Shown in pieces: positions 1-9,075 of a stretch of DNA of 64,000 nt. The stretch's first letter is position 1. Every line of letters starts with the position of its first letter. The stretch comes from Bacteroidota bacterium (lineage in GTDB: Bacteria > Bacteroidota > Bacteroidia > 2-12-FULL-35-15). The notes beneath the pieces were generated by a model, which was not told where the DNA came from, searched no databases, and saw nothing but the letters and a program-made list of their open reading frames with translations. The stretch lies in assembly GCA_025963715.1 (NCBI GenBank), contig JAOQAG010000024.1, positions 1,155 through 65,154 on the forward strand. Direction: 5' to 3'. The translations under genes and the position numbers were made by a program.

Positions 1-1244
1 TAAAAAAAGAAAATATTGATTGTGAATTTACCCGGCTGAACGGTTATCTTTTCCTGCATCCGACAGATGAAGATAACTCGCTGCAAAAGGAATTGGAAGC
101 CTGCCTGCGGGTTGGACTGGATGTGGAAATGCAGGAACACACTCCGGGTTTACTGAATAAAAATACGCAGGCACTGGTGTTTAAGAACCAGGGGCAATTT
201 CATCCGCTTAAATATCTGAAAGGCTTATGTGATGCAATTATCCGAAAAGGTGGAAAAATTTTCACAGAAACGCATGTGGAAAAAATCAACAATACCGGGA
301 TAATTACGGACAAGGGGTTTAAGATCTCTGCGGAATATATTGTAGTAGCTACTAATTCGCCGGTCAATAATAAATACGCAATGCATTTAAAACAATTTGC
401 TTACCGGACGTATGCGATCGGCATGCTGGTGAAAAAGAATACCATTCCACAGGCATTATGGTGGGATACGGGCGATTTTAATGCGAATGAGAACATTCCG
501 CCGTATCATTATATCCGTACGCAGCCTTACAATGAATTAATGGACCTGCTGATCTGCGGTGGCGAAGATCATGCAACAGGGCTTGCAAATGCGGACATTA
601 TTCCGGAAGAAAACCGCTATGGATTGCTGGAAGACTGGTTCAACAAACATTTTGCAAAGGGTGAAGTGGTGTTCCGCTGGTCGGGACAGGTAATGGAACC
701 AATGGATTCGCTGGCATTCATCGGGCATAACCCATGGGACAGTGATAATATTTATATCGTAACAGGCGATTCGGGAAATGGGATGACACATTCCACCATC
801 GCAGGAATGCTGATTGCTGATTTAATTACCGGGAAAGAAAATCCATGGGAAAAAATCTACAATCCATCCCGCCTGAAAATAATAAAAGTGGGGAATGTTT
901 TCTTTAAAGAATTTGCAGGCGGTTTTTCAGCTTATATAAAAGATAAGCCGAAACATGCCGATGAAGTAAAACTTTCGGAGATAAAAATCAACGAAGGAAA
1001 GATCATTGAACTGGAGGGAAAAAAGTACGGCGCTTATGCGGACGAGAAAAACAAATTACACCTGGTTGCCGCTGAATGTACACACCTTGGCTGCATTGTA
1101 AAATGGAATAACGATGAAAAAAGTTGGGATTGCCCCTGTCACGGAAGCCGGTTTATGCACACCGGGGAAGTGATCAACGGCCCGGCTAATAAAAATTTAT
1201 TTTATTTCGATGAAAATAACCCGCAACGAAAATTTAACAAATAA
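1..1244 (+). CDS. FAD-dependent oxidoreductase with C-terminal Rieske [2Fe-2S] domain. It is 5'-truncated by the window edge: the frame is open from nt 3 (KKENIDCEFTRLNGYLFLHPTDEDNSLQKELEACL...).
   Basis: The frame runs to the window start with no stop. The C-terminus carries the Rieske motif CTHLGC...CPCHGSRF. The N-terminal part resembles FAD-dependent amino-acid oxidase-like folds (DSGNGMTHSTIAG). Confidence 0.75.
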   Translation, partial: KKENIDCEFTRLNGYLFLHPTDEDNSLQKELEACLRVGLDVEMQEHTPGLLNKNTQALVFKNQGQFHPLKYLKGLCDAIIRKGGKIFTETHVEKINNTGIITDKGFKISAEYIVVATNSPVNNKYAMHLKQFAYRTYAIGMLVKKNTIPQALWWDTGDFNANENIPPYHYIRTQPYNELMDLLICGGEDHATGLANADIIPEENRYGLLEDWFNKHFAKGEVVFRWSGQVMEPMDSLAFIGHNPWDSDNIYIVTGDSGNGMTHSTIAGMLIADLITGKENPWEKIYNPSRLKIIKVGNVFFKEFAGGFSAYIKDKPKHADEVKLSEIKINEGKIIELEGKKYGAYADEKNKLHLVAAECTHLGCIVKWNNDEKSWDCPCHGSRFMHTGEVINGPANKNLFYFDENNPQRKFNK

Positions 1245-1369
1245 TAACCTGGAAATGTGGGAACTGGCATCTATTTTTTATCATTAAAATCTGAATAACA
1301 TTTGACCGCGACAAATAAATTTCAAAAATCAATTAATCAATCATCAACAATTTAAAACCTTTAAATAAA

Positions 1370-1615
1370 ATGGCAACGAATCAAAATAATGGTAACAATC
1401 AGCAAAATACTGGTTCTACCAATCAGAATCAAAAAAATCAGCAATCTACAAATAGAACGGAACAGCCGGAAAGCAATCCTAAAAGAGAAACGAATCCTAA
1501 CAATCCGACAGCTGATAAAACAAAACAGCAACAACCTGTTAACAAGCAAGATCAAAATGAGCCGCCGACAAATTCAAAACAAAACGACAGCAAAACGCCA
1601 AAAGAAAGAATTTAA
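1370..1615 (+). CDS. small Q/N/T-rich intrinsically disordered hydrophilic protein (81 aa)
   Basis: Compositionally extreme ORF (N, Q, T, K, P). It is followed 15 bp later by a clean intrinsic terminator and sits upstream of a ferritin-like stress protein. There is no homology-based support. Confidence 0.4.
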   Translation: MATNQNNGNNQQNTGSTNQNQKNQQSTNRTEQPESNPKRETNPNNPTADKTKQQQPVNKQDQNEPPTNSKQNDSKTPKERI

Positions 1616-1631
1616 TTATTCTTACAGTAAG

Positions 1632-1662
1632 CCTCCTGCTGTTGCGGGAGGTTTATTTTTTT
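1632..1662 (+). terminator. rho-independent terminator (cctcctgc-tgtt-gcgggagg followed by a T-run)
   Basis: GC hairpin followed by tttattttttt, read directly from the sequence. Confidence 0.7.
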
Positions 1663-1689
1663 GCTGAATTTTAAAAATTAAAAAAACAG

Positions 1690-2274
1690 ATGAACATCAT
1701 GCAAAAGAAAACAAGCACCAGGAAAAGTTCCGGAAAAATCGCTGATACAGGAAGTACCGGACTGGAATCATCACAATTAATGAAATTATTTGAAGATGAA
1801 TTGAAAGATATTTACTGGGCGGAAAAGGCCCTGACAAAAGCAATCCCTAAAATGATCAAAAATGCAACATCGCAGGAATTGATCGAAGCATTGGAAAATC
1901 ATTTATCGGAAACCGAAGAACACGTGAGTCGTGTGGAACAGGTTTTTGAAAGCATTGGTAAAAAAGCTGTTGCAAAAAAATGCGAAGCTACCGCCGGACT
2001 GATCAAAGAAGCGCAGGAAATTATGGAAGAATGTGAGGAAGGCGCCATGCGCGATGCGGGAATTATTTCCGCAGGGCAAAAAATCGAACATTATGAAATT
2101 GCATCGTACGGCACTTTACGTGCATTTGCGGATCTTTTGGGATTAGACGAAGCTGTAGAATTACTGGAAGATACATTGAAAGAAGAAAAAGCTGCAGACG
2201 AACGGTTAACAGAGGTGGCAACTTCTGTGATCAACCTGCAAGCCGCACAGCTAGAGGAAGCAGAAGAGGAATAA
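1690..2274 (+). CDS. ferritin-like DUF892 / YciE-YciF family stress protein
   Basis: DIYWAEKALTKAIPKM...ELIEALENHLSETEEHVSRVEQVF is the characteristic YciE/DUF892 ferritin-like helix pattern. An acidic C-terminus follows. Confidence 0.75.
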   Translation: MNIMQKKTSTRKSSGKIADTGSTGLESSQLMKLFEDELKDIYWAEKALTKAIPKMIKNATSQELIEALENHLSETEEHVSRVEQVFESIGKKAVAKKCEATAGLIKEAQEIMEECEEGAMRDAGIISAGQKIEHYEIASYGTLRAFADLLGLDEAVELLEDTLKEEKAADERLTEVATSVINLQAAQLEEAEEE

Positions 2275-2292
2275 AAAACATTTTTTATTTAA

Positions 2293-2330
2293 GCCAGTTT
2301 TCCGGTAAGCGGGGAACTGGCTTTTTATTT
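2293..2330 (+). terminator. rho-independent terminator (gccagtt...aactggc + tttttatttt)
   Basis: Hairpin plus T-run immediately after the stop of the YciE-like gene. Confidence 0.7.
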
Positions 2331-2507
2331 TATCTACTAAGATGATTACTTACCCGACACTTGTTGCGGGGATGACAAATTTCGAAGAGAAGATCAGTGA
2401 TAATCGTTTAAAACACTTTATAAAATTTTAGCTTATGAATGAGGAAACAGAAAATAAAAAAACCGAAGAAGAAGATTCCACGCCACTTTGCCTGGCACTT
2501 AAAACAT

Positions 2508-3248
2508 TTATTTATATAGTTGCTGACAATGCGGACAGTAAAACGTTCTGCGGTTTGTTTTTCCCATGTACGTTCTGATGATCTTGCCTTTGCAGACAGA
2601 GCAGGTTGATTTAGTATTCACGAGCCACTGTTTTTTAAGAATAAATTCTTTTTTCCATCTTAAAAAATCGAAGCTATAATTCACGGATTCTTTGATGAGC
2701 TCATTCATTTTTTTTGCAGGAAGAGCTCCCACTTTTGTTTGTGGTTGAATTTTCACACGAAACAATACTTCATTTTTAATGATGTTTCCCACACCTGCAA
2801 ATATGTTCTGATCCAGCAACACATCGCATACCAGCCGATCGGGGTCTTCTTTTATTTTTTTCTTCGCGGCAGCGGCATCCCAATCCGGGTTCATTACATC
2901 GGCGCTCCAGTCATATACTTCATTGAGATCTTCTGTAATTATTTTAACGGAGCAGGTGTACAAATTCAATTCACCGTTCGGAAATTTAAGACTTAAACGC
3001 GGATCCCTGTCCTTGCGTTCGTTTATGGCATAACTGCCAAACATCAGGAAATGCACACGGATCGTAAAGTCATCAAAACAAATGAGGAAATGTTTGCCAA
3101 AGCTTTTGAAATCAAGCACCACCTTCGATTTAAGCATTTCCAGATCAAACGCTTTGGTATTGCCGGAAGCATCAAGCACTTTTTTGCCTTTAAAACCGGC
3201 AGCGTCAATTGCTTCTCTTAAAATAATAATGGATGGTCCTTCGGGCAT
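2508..3248 (-). CDS. Fpg/Nei family DNA glycosylase (formamidopyrimidine-DNA glycosylase / endonuclease VIII-like)
   Basis: The true start is MPEGPSIIIL (catalytic Pro2/Glu3). A C-terminal zinc finger CSVCKGKI...CPHCQ is present. The ORF-track start at 3287 is 13 codons too far upstream. Confidence 0.8.
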   Translation of the reverse strand: MPEGPSIIILREAIDAAGFKGKKVLDASGNTKAFDLEMLKSKVVLDFKSFGKHFLICFDDFTIRVHFLMFGSYAINERKDRDPRLSLKFPNGELNLYTCSVKIITEDLNEVYDWSADVMNPDWDAAAAKKKIKEDPDRLVCDVLLDQNIFAGVGNIIKNEVLFRVKIQPQTKVGALPAKKMNELIKESVNYSFDFLRWKKEFILKKQWLVNTKSTCSVCKGKIIRTYMGKTNRRTFYCPHCQQLYK

Positions 3249-3296
3249 GTTGTTTTCCGGATAAAAAACATGCCCATACAGGCGCAAAAAAAATCA

Positions 3297-4058
3297 ATGA
3301 AAAAATTCCACACCGGCACTTCCGGATTTAGTTATGCTTACTGGAAAAACAGGTTTTACCCGGAAAAGCTGGCGGCTTCCAAATGGTTCGAATATTACTG
3401 CACACGGTTCAATACGCTGGAGCTCAATAATACGTTTTACCGTTTCCCGGAAGTAAAAAATCTGAAGAAATTTTATGAGCGCGCTCCGGAAGATTTTTTA
3501 TTTTCCATTAAAGCACACAAGGTCATCACGCATACACTGCGGATGAAAAATGCGCGGGAAAAAGTAAATGAATTTATGTCGGTGGTGCAGGAAAGCATCC
3601 GGGAAAAATTAGGCTGTGTACTTTTTCAGCTGCCACCCTCTTTTGTTTATACGGAGGAAAATATGGAGCATATTCTAAACAGCATTCCACATCATCCTTC
3701 CAACGTAATCGAATTTCGCAACAGCAGCTGGTGGGATCCGGCAGTGATCAAAACGCTGCATGCGCAGCAGCTTACATTTTGCAATGTGAGCTATCCCGGT
3801 TTGCCCGAAACATTTCATAAAACAACGGATCTTTTTTATTTGCGGATGCACGGTGTACCCGAACTTTTTAAATCGGCTTATTCCGATGCACAATTGAAAA
3901 AAGTAAAGGAAAATATTCCGGCAGGAATAAAAGAGGTGTATGTATTTTTTAATAATACAATGTATGAAGCGGGATATTCAAATGCCTTGATGCTGCAGGC
4001 GTTGGTGGAAAAAAATAAGGAAGCCACAGATTCACAGATTAATTATTCAAACGATTAA
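3297..4058 (+). CDS. DUF72 (YecE-like) family protein
   Basis: MKKFHTGTSGFSYAYWKNRFYP...LELNNTFYR matches the DUF72 N-terminal signature. The start is chosen at the second Met. Confidence 0.75.
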   Translation: MKKFHTGTSGFSYAYWKNRFYPEKLAASKWFEYYCTRFNTLELNNTFYRFPEVKNLKKFYERAPEDFLFSIKAHKVITHTLRMKNAREKVNEFMSVVQESIREKLGCVLFQLPPSFVYTEENMEHILNSIPHHPSNVIEFRNSSWWDPAVIKTLHAQQLTFCNVSYPGLPETFHKTTDLFYLRMHGVPELFKSAYSDAQLKKVKENIPAGIKEVYVFFNNTMYEAGYSNALMLQALVEKNKEATDSQINYSND

Positions 4059-4232
4059 TTACACAGATGAGTAAATCGCAACGCGATTTTTAAGTAATGA
4101 ATAATTTTTATTTATTTTTAATCGGTGAATCTGTGGCAAAATTCCTACAGCGCTCTGGCATAAAAAATCGCGGTTCAGAAATTCCAATTTAGCAGGCGCG
4201 AGTGTCTCACTCGTGCCTGCATAAGATTATAA

Positions 4233-6680
4233 TTACCGGATCTCTGCTCCTGCTTTTTCCTGGTACGTTTTCATCAATTTTTCCATGATCTTTTCGATCT
4301 GCTTATCAGTAAGCGTGGCGTTTTCATCCTGAATGATAAAGCTGAGCGCATACGATTTTTTTCCGGCCGGTAATTTATCACCTTCATACACATCAAACAA
4401 ATTCACGCTTTTCAGCAATGCTTTTTCCGATTGATATGCCAGTTGTTCCAATTGCTCAAACTTCACCGCTTTATCGATCAGCAAAGCCAGATCGCGTTTT
4501 ACTTCCGGGAATTTAGGAACTTCGGTATACATCAGCGCTTTCCCTTTTTTCACAGCTTCCAAAATCAAATCCCAGTTAAAATCGGCATAAAAAACCTCAT
4601 TTTTAATATCCATTGATTTTAACACTGTTTTTGAAACCGCACCAAATTCCACGATTGTTTTTTTATTCCAGGCATAGGACAATCCTGCCGAAAACAGATC
4701 GGAGCTGATCTCATTCATTTTCACATCAATTCCTAATCGTTCCAACACGGCATTTACAGCGCCTTTCAGCGAATAAAAACTAACCGCATCATTTTTCGCA
4801 TTCCAGCTTTCTTCGGTTTTCCGTCCGCTTACAAACAACGATAAATGTTTTGTTTCCACATATTTTACCGGCTCGCCTTTCACCGCCATGTACGTTTTCC
4901 CAAATTCATACAATTTCAGATCGGCACTTTTGCGGTTTTGGTTGTACGCAATAATTTCCAGTCCACTGAACAATAGCGATTGTCTCAACACATTCAAATC
5001 GCTACTCAATGGATTCAGCATTTTTACATTGTGCTCCGGGTTGATGCTTTTTACTTTCAAGGAATATTCTTCTTTCGTCAGCGATAAATTCATCATCTCC
5101 GAAAAGCCATTATTACTGAGTAGATCTGCGATCGCATTCTGAATTTTTTCTTTGTCCGGTTTTTCTGAAAACGACAGCGATGAATTTAATGCCGTTGGGA
5201 TTTCAATATTATTATAACCGTAAATGCGCAATACTTCTTCGATCACATCCTGTTCGCGCGTTACATCCACTTTAAACGGCGGAATGGAAAGCAGCAATGC
5301 ATCATGTCCTTCATGTTCAATATCGATCCCGAGCGATAGAATTATTTTTTTGATGATCTCCAGATCAATGTGTTTTCCGATCAGGCGATCACATTTTTCA
5401 AATGAAAAAGGCACTTTGAAATTCTCCACTTTTTTCGGATACAGATCAATGATCTCCGACGAAATTTCGCCACCTGCAATTTCTTTGATCAGCAATGCCG
5501 CACGTTTTAATGCATACACCGTCATGTTCGGATCCGTTCCGCGCTCAAAACGAAAAGATGCATCTGTTTTTAAACCGTGTCGTTTTGCAGATTTACGAAC
5601 CGAAGTGGAATTAAAATATGCACTTTCCAGGAAAATATTCGTTGTATTTTCCGATACACCTGATTCCATTCCGCCAAATACACCGGCAATACACATCCCG
5701 CCTTCTGCATCGCAGATCATCAGATCTTCGGAAGATAATTCGCGTTCGGTTTCGTCCAGCGTTTTAAATTTGGTTTTATCTGCGAGCTTTTTCACGATTA
5801 CTTTACCGCCTTTGATTTTATCTGCATCAAATGCATGCATCGGTTGCCCCAGCTCGTGCAATACATAATTGGTAATGTCCACAATGTTATTGATCGGGCG
5901 GATGCCAATCGTTTTCAGCCTGTTTTTGATCCATTCCGGCGATTCAGCTACTTTTACATTGCTGATACTCAGGCCCGAATAACGCGGACAAGCGATCGGA
6001 TCTTCCACTGTTACTTCAATTTTCGAGGATGTGTTATCAACGCGAAAAGCCTCTACATCCGGCAATTGCAGCATTAAATGTTCTCCACCGGATATTTCAT
6101 GTGTATTTAATACCGCCACCAGGTCGCGCGCCACACCCACATGCGAAGCCGCATCTGCACGGTTGGGCGTTAACCCGATCTCGATCGTATAATCTTCTTC
6201 TATTTTAAAATATTCTTTCGCCGGTGTGCCCGGGATCGCATCTGCATCCAGCACTATAATGCCTGCATGTGAAGTTCCAAGTCCGATCTCATCTTCCGCA
6301 CAGATCATTCCTTCGGAAACTGCACCGCGGATCTTCGATTTTTTAATTTCAAACGGTTCTCCCGTTGCCGGATATAATTTAGCGCCCACCGTAGCGATCA
6401 CCACTTTTTGTCCAGCTTCCACATTGGCCGCACCGCAAACGATGTGCAGCAATTCACCGGTTCCGATATCTACGGTCGTTAAATTCAAACGGTCGGCATC
6501 CGGGTGTTTTTCCTTGGTTTTTACTTCACCCACAACCATACCTTCCAAACCGCCTTTCACCGTTTCTGCTTTTTCAATGCTTTCCACTTCCAGGCCGCAG
6601 CCTGTCAGGAGTTTTCCTGCTTCTTCCGGCGACAAATCGGTTTTAACGTACTCTTTCAGCCAATTATATGAGATTTTCAT
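4233..6680 (-). CDS. pheT: phenylalanine--tRNA ligase beta subunit
   Basis: 815 aa with N-terminus MKISYNWLKEYV. The tRNA-binding, B3/B4 and FDX-ACB-like regions are recognisable. Confidence 0.95.
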   Translation of the reverse strand: MKISYNWLKEYVKTDLSPEEAGKLLTGCGLEVESIEKAETVKGGLEGMVVGEVKTKEKHPDADRLNLTTVDIGTGELLHIVCGAANVEAGQKVVIATVGAKLYPATGEPFEIKKSKIRGAVSEGMICAEDEIGLGTSHAGIIVLDADAIPGTPAKEYFKIEEDYTIEIGLTPNRADAASHVGVARDLVAVLNTHEISGGEHLMLQLPDVEAFRVDNTSSKIEVTVEDPIACPRYSGLSISNVKVAESPEWIKNRLKTIGIRPINNIVDITNYVLHELGQPMHAFDADKIKGGKVIVKKLADKTKFKTLDETERELSSEDLMICDAEGGMCIAGVFGGMESGVSENTTNIFLESAYFNSTSVRKSAKRHGLKTDASFRFERGTDPNMTVYALKRAALLIKEIAGGEISSEIIDLYPKKVENFKVPFSFEKCDRLIGKHIDLEIIKKIILSLGIDIEHEGHDALLLSIPPFKVDVTREQDVIEEVLRIYGYNNIEIPTALNSSLSFSEKPDKEKIQNAIADLLSNNGFSEMMNLSLTKEEYSLKVKSINPEHNVKMLNPLSSDLNVLRQSLLFSGLEIIAYNQNRKSADLKLYEFGKTYMAVKGEPVKYVETKHLSLFVSGRKTEESWNAKNDAVSFYSLKGAVNAVLERLGIDVKMNEISSDLFSAGLSYAWNKKTIVEFGAVSKTVLKSMDIKNEVFYADFNWDLILEAVKKGKALMYTEVPKFPEVKRDLALLIDKAVKFEQLEQLAYQSEKALLKSVNLFDVYEGDKLPAGKKSYALSFIIQDENATLTDKQIEKIMEKLMKTYQEKAGAEIR

Positions 6681-6745
6681 TGTTCTTGTATTATTTAAAG
6701 GAGTACAAAAATAAGAAATTTATTGGTAAAAACCTGCCTTTCCGG

Positions 6746-6792
6746 ACCTCACCCCTTCATCCCCTCTCCACAGGGAGAGGGGGCGATGCCCC
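6746..6792. repeat. REP-like palindromic element, family A (core cccctctccacaGGgagagggg)
   Basis: Near-identical copies at about 11551-11599, 22441-22487 and 35278-35323. Confidence 0.8.
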
Positions 6793-6890
6793 TACTATAC
6801 GTGTTCAATCCTAATAGATCATAAGCAGTTAGCTCTCTTTTTTGATCATAAAAATCCTAACAGATCTGCGTTCCTATTTTGCTTCTGCTC

Positions 6891-6938
6891 AAATTTATGA
6901 GATCCCGGGTCAAGCGCGGGATGACAGCTTCGATCTAT
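6891..6938. repeat. REP-like element, family B (gatcccgggtcaagcgcgggatgacag with a flanking aaatttatgag arm)
   Basis: Related copies at 2348-2377, 11285-11330, 11391-11424 and 22530-22572. Confidence 0.7.
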
Positions 6939-6995
6939 ACCTGTTAGTGATAATATGATCCACAATCTCAACTAATCAAACCAACGCAGGCGCGA

Positions 6996-8852
6996 ATGTC
7001 CCAACCTGCATCTAAATCAAATCCATTTAAAATAAGTAATTTCGCAGCAAAAAGCACAATCATGGAAGCACTCCTATCGGGATATACCGCAAAGATCAAT
7101 GAACTAACAACAGCCATTGCCGCACATCAGAAAAAGATCAATGGGATTTTTTACACGCGCTCCATTTTGTTCATTGTATTTTTTGCAGGTTTTTTCCTGT
7201 TGGTTCATACACATGTAACACTTGCTATTGTACTCATTCCCTTTACGGTGATCTTGTTTTTGATCCTGTTGAACCGCGAATTAAAGATCGGCAGGCAGAT
7301 CACTTTTTTAAAAAATTTAATGAAAGCCAACCAGGTAGAAATCGACTTGCTGCATAACCGTTACGAAAAATTTAATCCGGGTAACGAGTTCATTGATAAA
7401 CAACATCATTTTATTTCCGATCTGGATATTTTCGGCAGAAGATCGATTTTTCAGTTGTTGAACCGTACATCCACCTACAGTGGAAGAATGAAGTTGGCCG
7501 GTTGGTTGACGGTTCCATTCCTGCAAAAGGAAGAAATAAAAAAACGCCAGCAAGCCATCACTGAACTATCTGAAAAAAAAGACTGGAGCCACCATTTTAT
7601 TGCATTGGGATTTACCAGCCAGGAACAGGCAACGGATAAAGATGTGATCGAAAACTGGCTGGAAGAAGAAACGCTTTTCTCTCATCCTGTTTTTAAGATC
7701 ATCGGGATTGTGTTACCAGTTGCGACGGTTGCCGCATTGCTGCTTTTTATTTTTAATGTAATTCCTTCCGTTGCTTTTGACAGTTTGTTTTTCCTTCAAT
7801 TGATGATCACCGGAAAATTCACCAAAAAGATCAACCGCATTCACGATCGCCTGAGCCGGAAATTTGATTCCATTGATAAATATTTGTCGCTGATCACACA
7901 CATTGAAGCGGAAGGTTTTAAAAGCGAATTATTAAACCAGTTGAAACAGGAACTAAGGGACGAAAAAGTAAGCGCTGCTGCCAGTATTTTACAATTAAAA
8001 AAATCAGTGGATAAGCTGGATTTCCGCATGAACATTGTAGTAGCGGTGTTGCTGAACGGGATCTTATTATGGGACATCAACATTGTAAAACGCATTGAAG
8101 ACTGGCGAACAATGAACAAAAAATCGTTCCTGAAATGGATCAACATCATTGGCGAGTTTGATGCTTTTATCAGCGTTGGTTTGTATGCCGCTAACAATCC
8201 AGCTTTTGTAATGCCGGAAATAGAAACGGGCACATTTATAATTCATGCACAACAGATCGGGCATCCGCTGATCAATGAAAAAAAGCTGGTGCGGAATGAT
8301 TATCACATTGAAGGATTACCCAAAATTGATTTGCTTACCGGCGCTAACATGGCAGGAAAAAGCACCTTCCTGCGTACCATTGGCGTTAATTTAATTCTTG
8401 CCATGATCGGGGCACCGGTATGCGCAGAAAAATTCCGGTTCAGCCCGATCTTGCTATTTACCAGCTTGCGAACGAATGATTCGCTGCAGGAAAACGAATC
8501 ATTTTTTTATGCTGAATTAAAACGGTTGGGAATGCTTGTGAAAGATTACGAAAATGGACAACGTGTATTTTTCCTGCTCGATGAAATTTTGAAAGGCACC
8601 AATTCCAAAGATCAGCACATTGGCTCCGAAGAGTTAATTAAAAAGATCGTGCAGCTGAACGGCGCCGGTATTGTAGCAACACACGATGTGGAGCTTTCGG
8701 TATTAAGCAGCCAATTCCCGCAAAACGTACGCAATTTATGTTTTGAAATTACCATCAGCAACGACAAGCTGCATTTTGATTATAAAGTAAAAGAAGGCGT
8801 TTGCGCCACGATGAACGCATCTTTCCTGATGAAAAAAATGGGAATTATTTAA
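6996..8852 (+). CDS. MutS-related protein: N-terminal transmembrane region plus MutS domain V ABC-ATPase
   Basis: Walker A GANMAGKSTFLRTIG, then LLDEILKGTNSKDQ and GIVATHDVEL. The N-terminal half carries hydrophobic helices. The alternative start MEALLSG at 7062 is also possible. Confidence 0.75.
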   Translation: MSQPASKSNPFKISNFAAKSTIMEALLSGYTAKINELTTAIAAHQKKINGIFYTRSILFIVFFAGFFLLVHTHVTLAIVLIPFTVILFLILLNRELKIGRQITFLKNLMKANQVEIDLLHNRYEKFNPGNEFIDKQHHFISDLDIFGRRSIFQLLNRTSTYSGRMKLAGWLTVPFLQKEEIKKRQQAITELSEKKDWSHHFIALGFTSQEQATDKDVIENWLEEETLFSHPVFKIIGIVLPVATVAALLLFIFNVIPSVAFDSLFFLQLMITGKFTKKINRIHDRLSRKFDSIDKYLSLITHIEAEGFKSELLNQLKQELRDEKVSAAASILQLKKSVDKLDFRMNIVVAVLLNGILLWDINIVKRIEDWRTMNKKSFLKWINIIGEFDAFISVGLYAANNPAFVMPEIETGTFIIHAQQIGHPLINEKKLVRNDYHIEGLPKIDLLTGANMAGKSTFLRTIGVNLILAMIGAPVCAEKFRFSPILLFTSLRTNDSLQENESFFYAELKRLGMLVKDYENGQRVFFLLDEILKGTNSKDQHIGSEELIKKIVQLNGAGIVATHDVELSVLSSQFPQNVRNLCFEITISNDKLHFDYKVKEGVCATMNASFLMKKMGII

Positions 8853-8864
8853 GGGAAGGAATTA

Positions 8865-9075
8865 TAAATGTTAAATTATAAATGTTAAATTATAAATTAT
8901 GAATGTTAAATTATAAATGCTGTAGATTATAAAACGTTCTCCACGCACAATTTCGTTCCTTTCGTACCGTTTCGTTTTTCGTTGATTTACTCAGTTTCGT
9001 TTTTTTCGTAAAATTTCGTTTTTCGTTGATTTACTCAGTTTCGTTCCTTTCGTAAAATTTCGTTTTTCGTTGATT
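8865..9075. repeat. tandem satellites: about 14-bp unit x4 (ttaaattataaatg) followed by a 44-bp unit x3 (tttcgttcctttcgtaaaa + tttcgtttttcgttgatttactcag)
   Basis: Direct reading shows alternating 19/25-bp sub-units. The spacers are near-identical to each other, so this is not CRISPR-like. Confidence 0.8.

Noticed and set aside
1389-1667. 92-aa ORF overlapping the Q/N-rich ORF in another frame
   Set aside because: It overlaps the more plausible ORF, reads through that ORF's terminator hairpin, and has K/I-rich low-complexity composition.
4431-6714. Several plus-strand ORFs (61-214 aa) inside pheT
   Set aside because: Antisense shadow ORFs of a well-supported 815-aa pheT. Ser/Cys/Ile-rich junk composition.
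8865-9075. Possible CRISPR array (regular ~25-bp repeat with ~19-bp spacers)
   Set aside because: The spacers are nearly identical to one another and far shorter than CRISPR spacers. There is no leader or cas genes. It is better described as a 44-bp compound tandem repeat.
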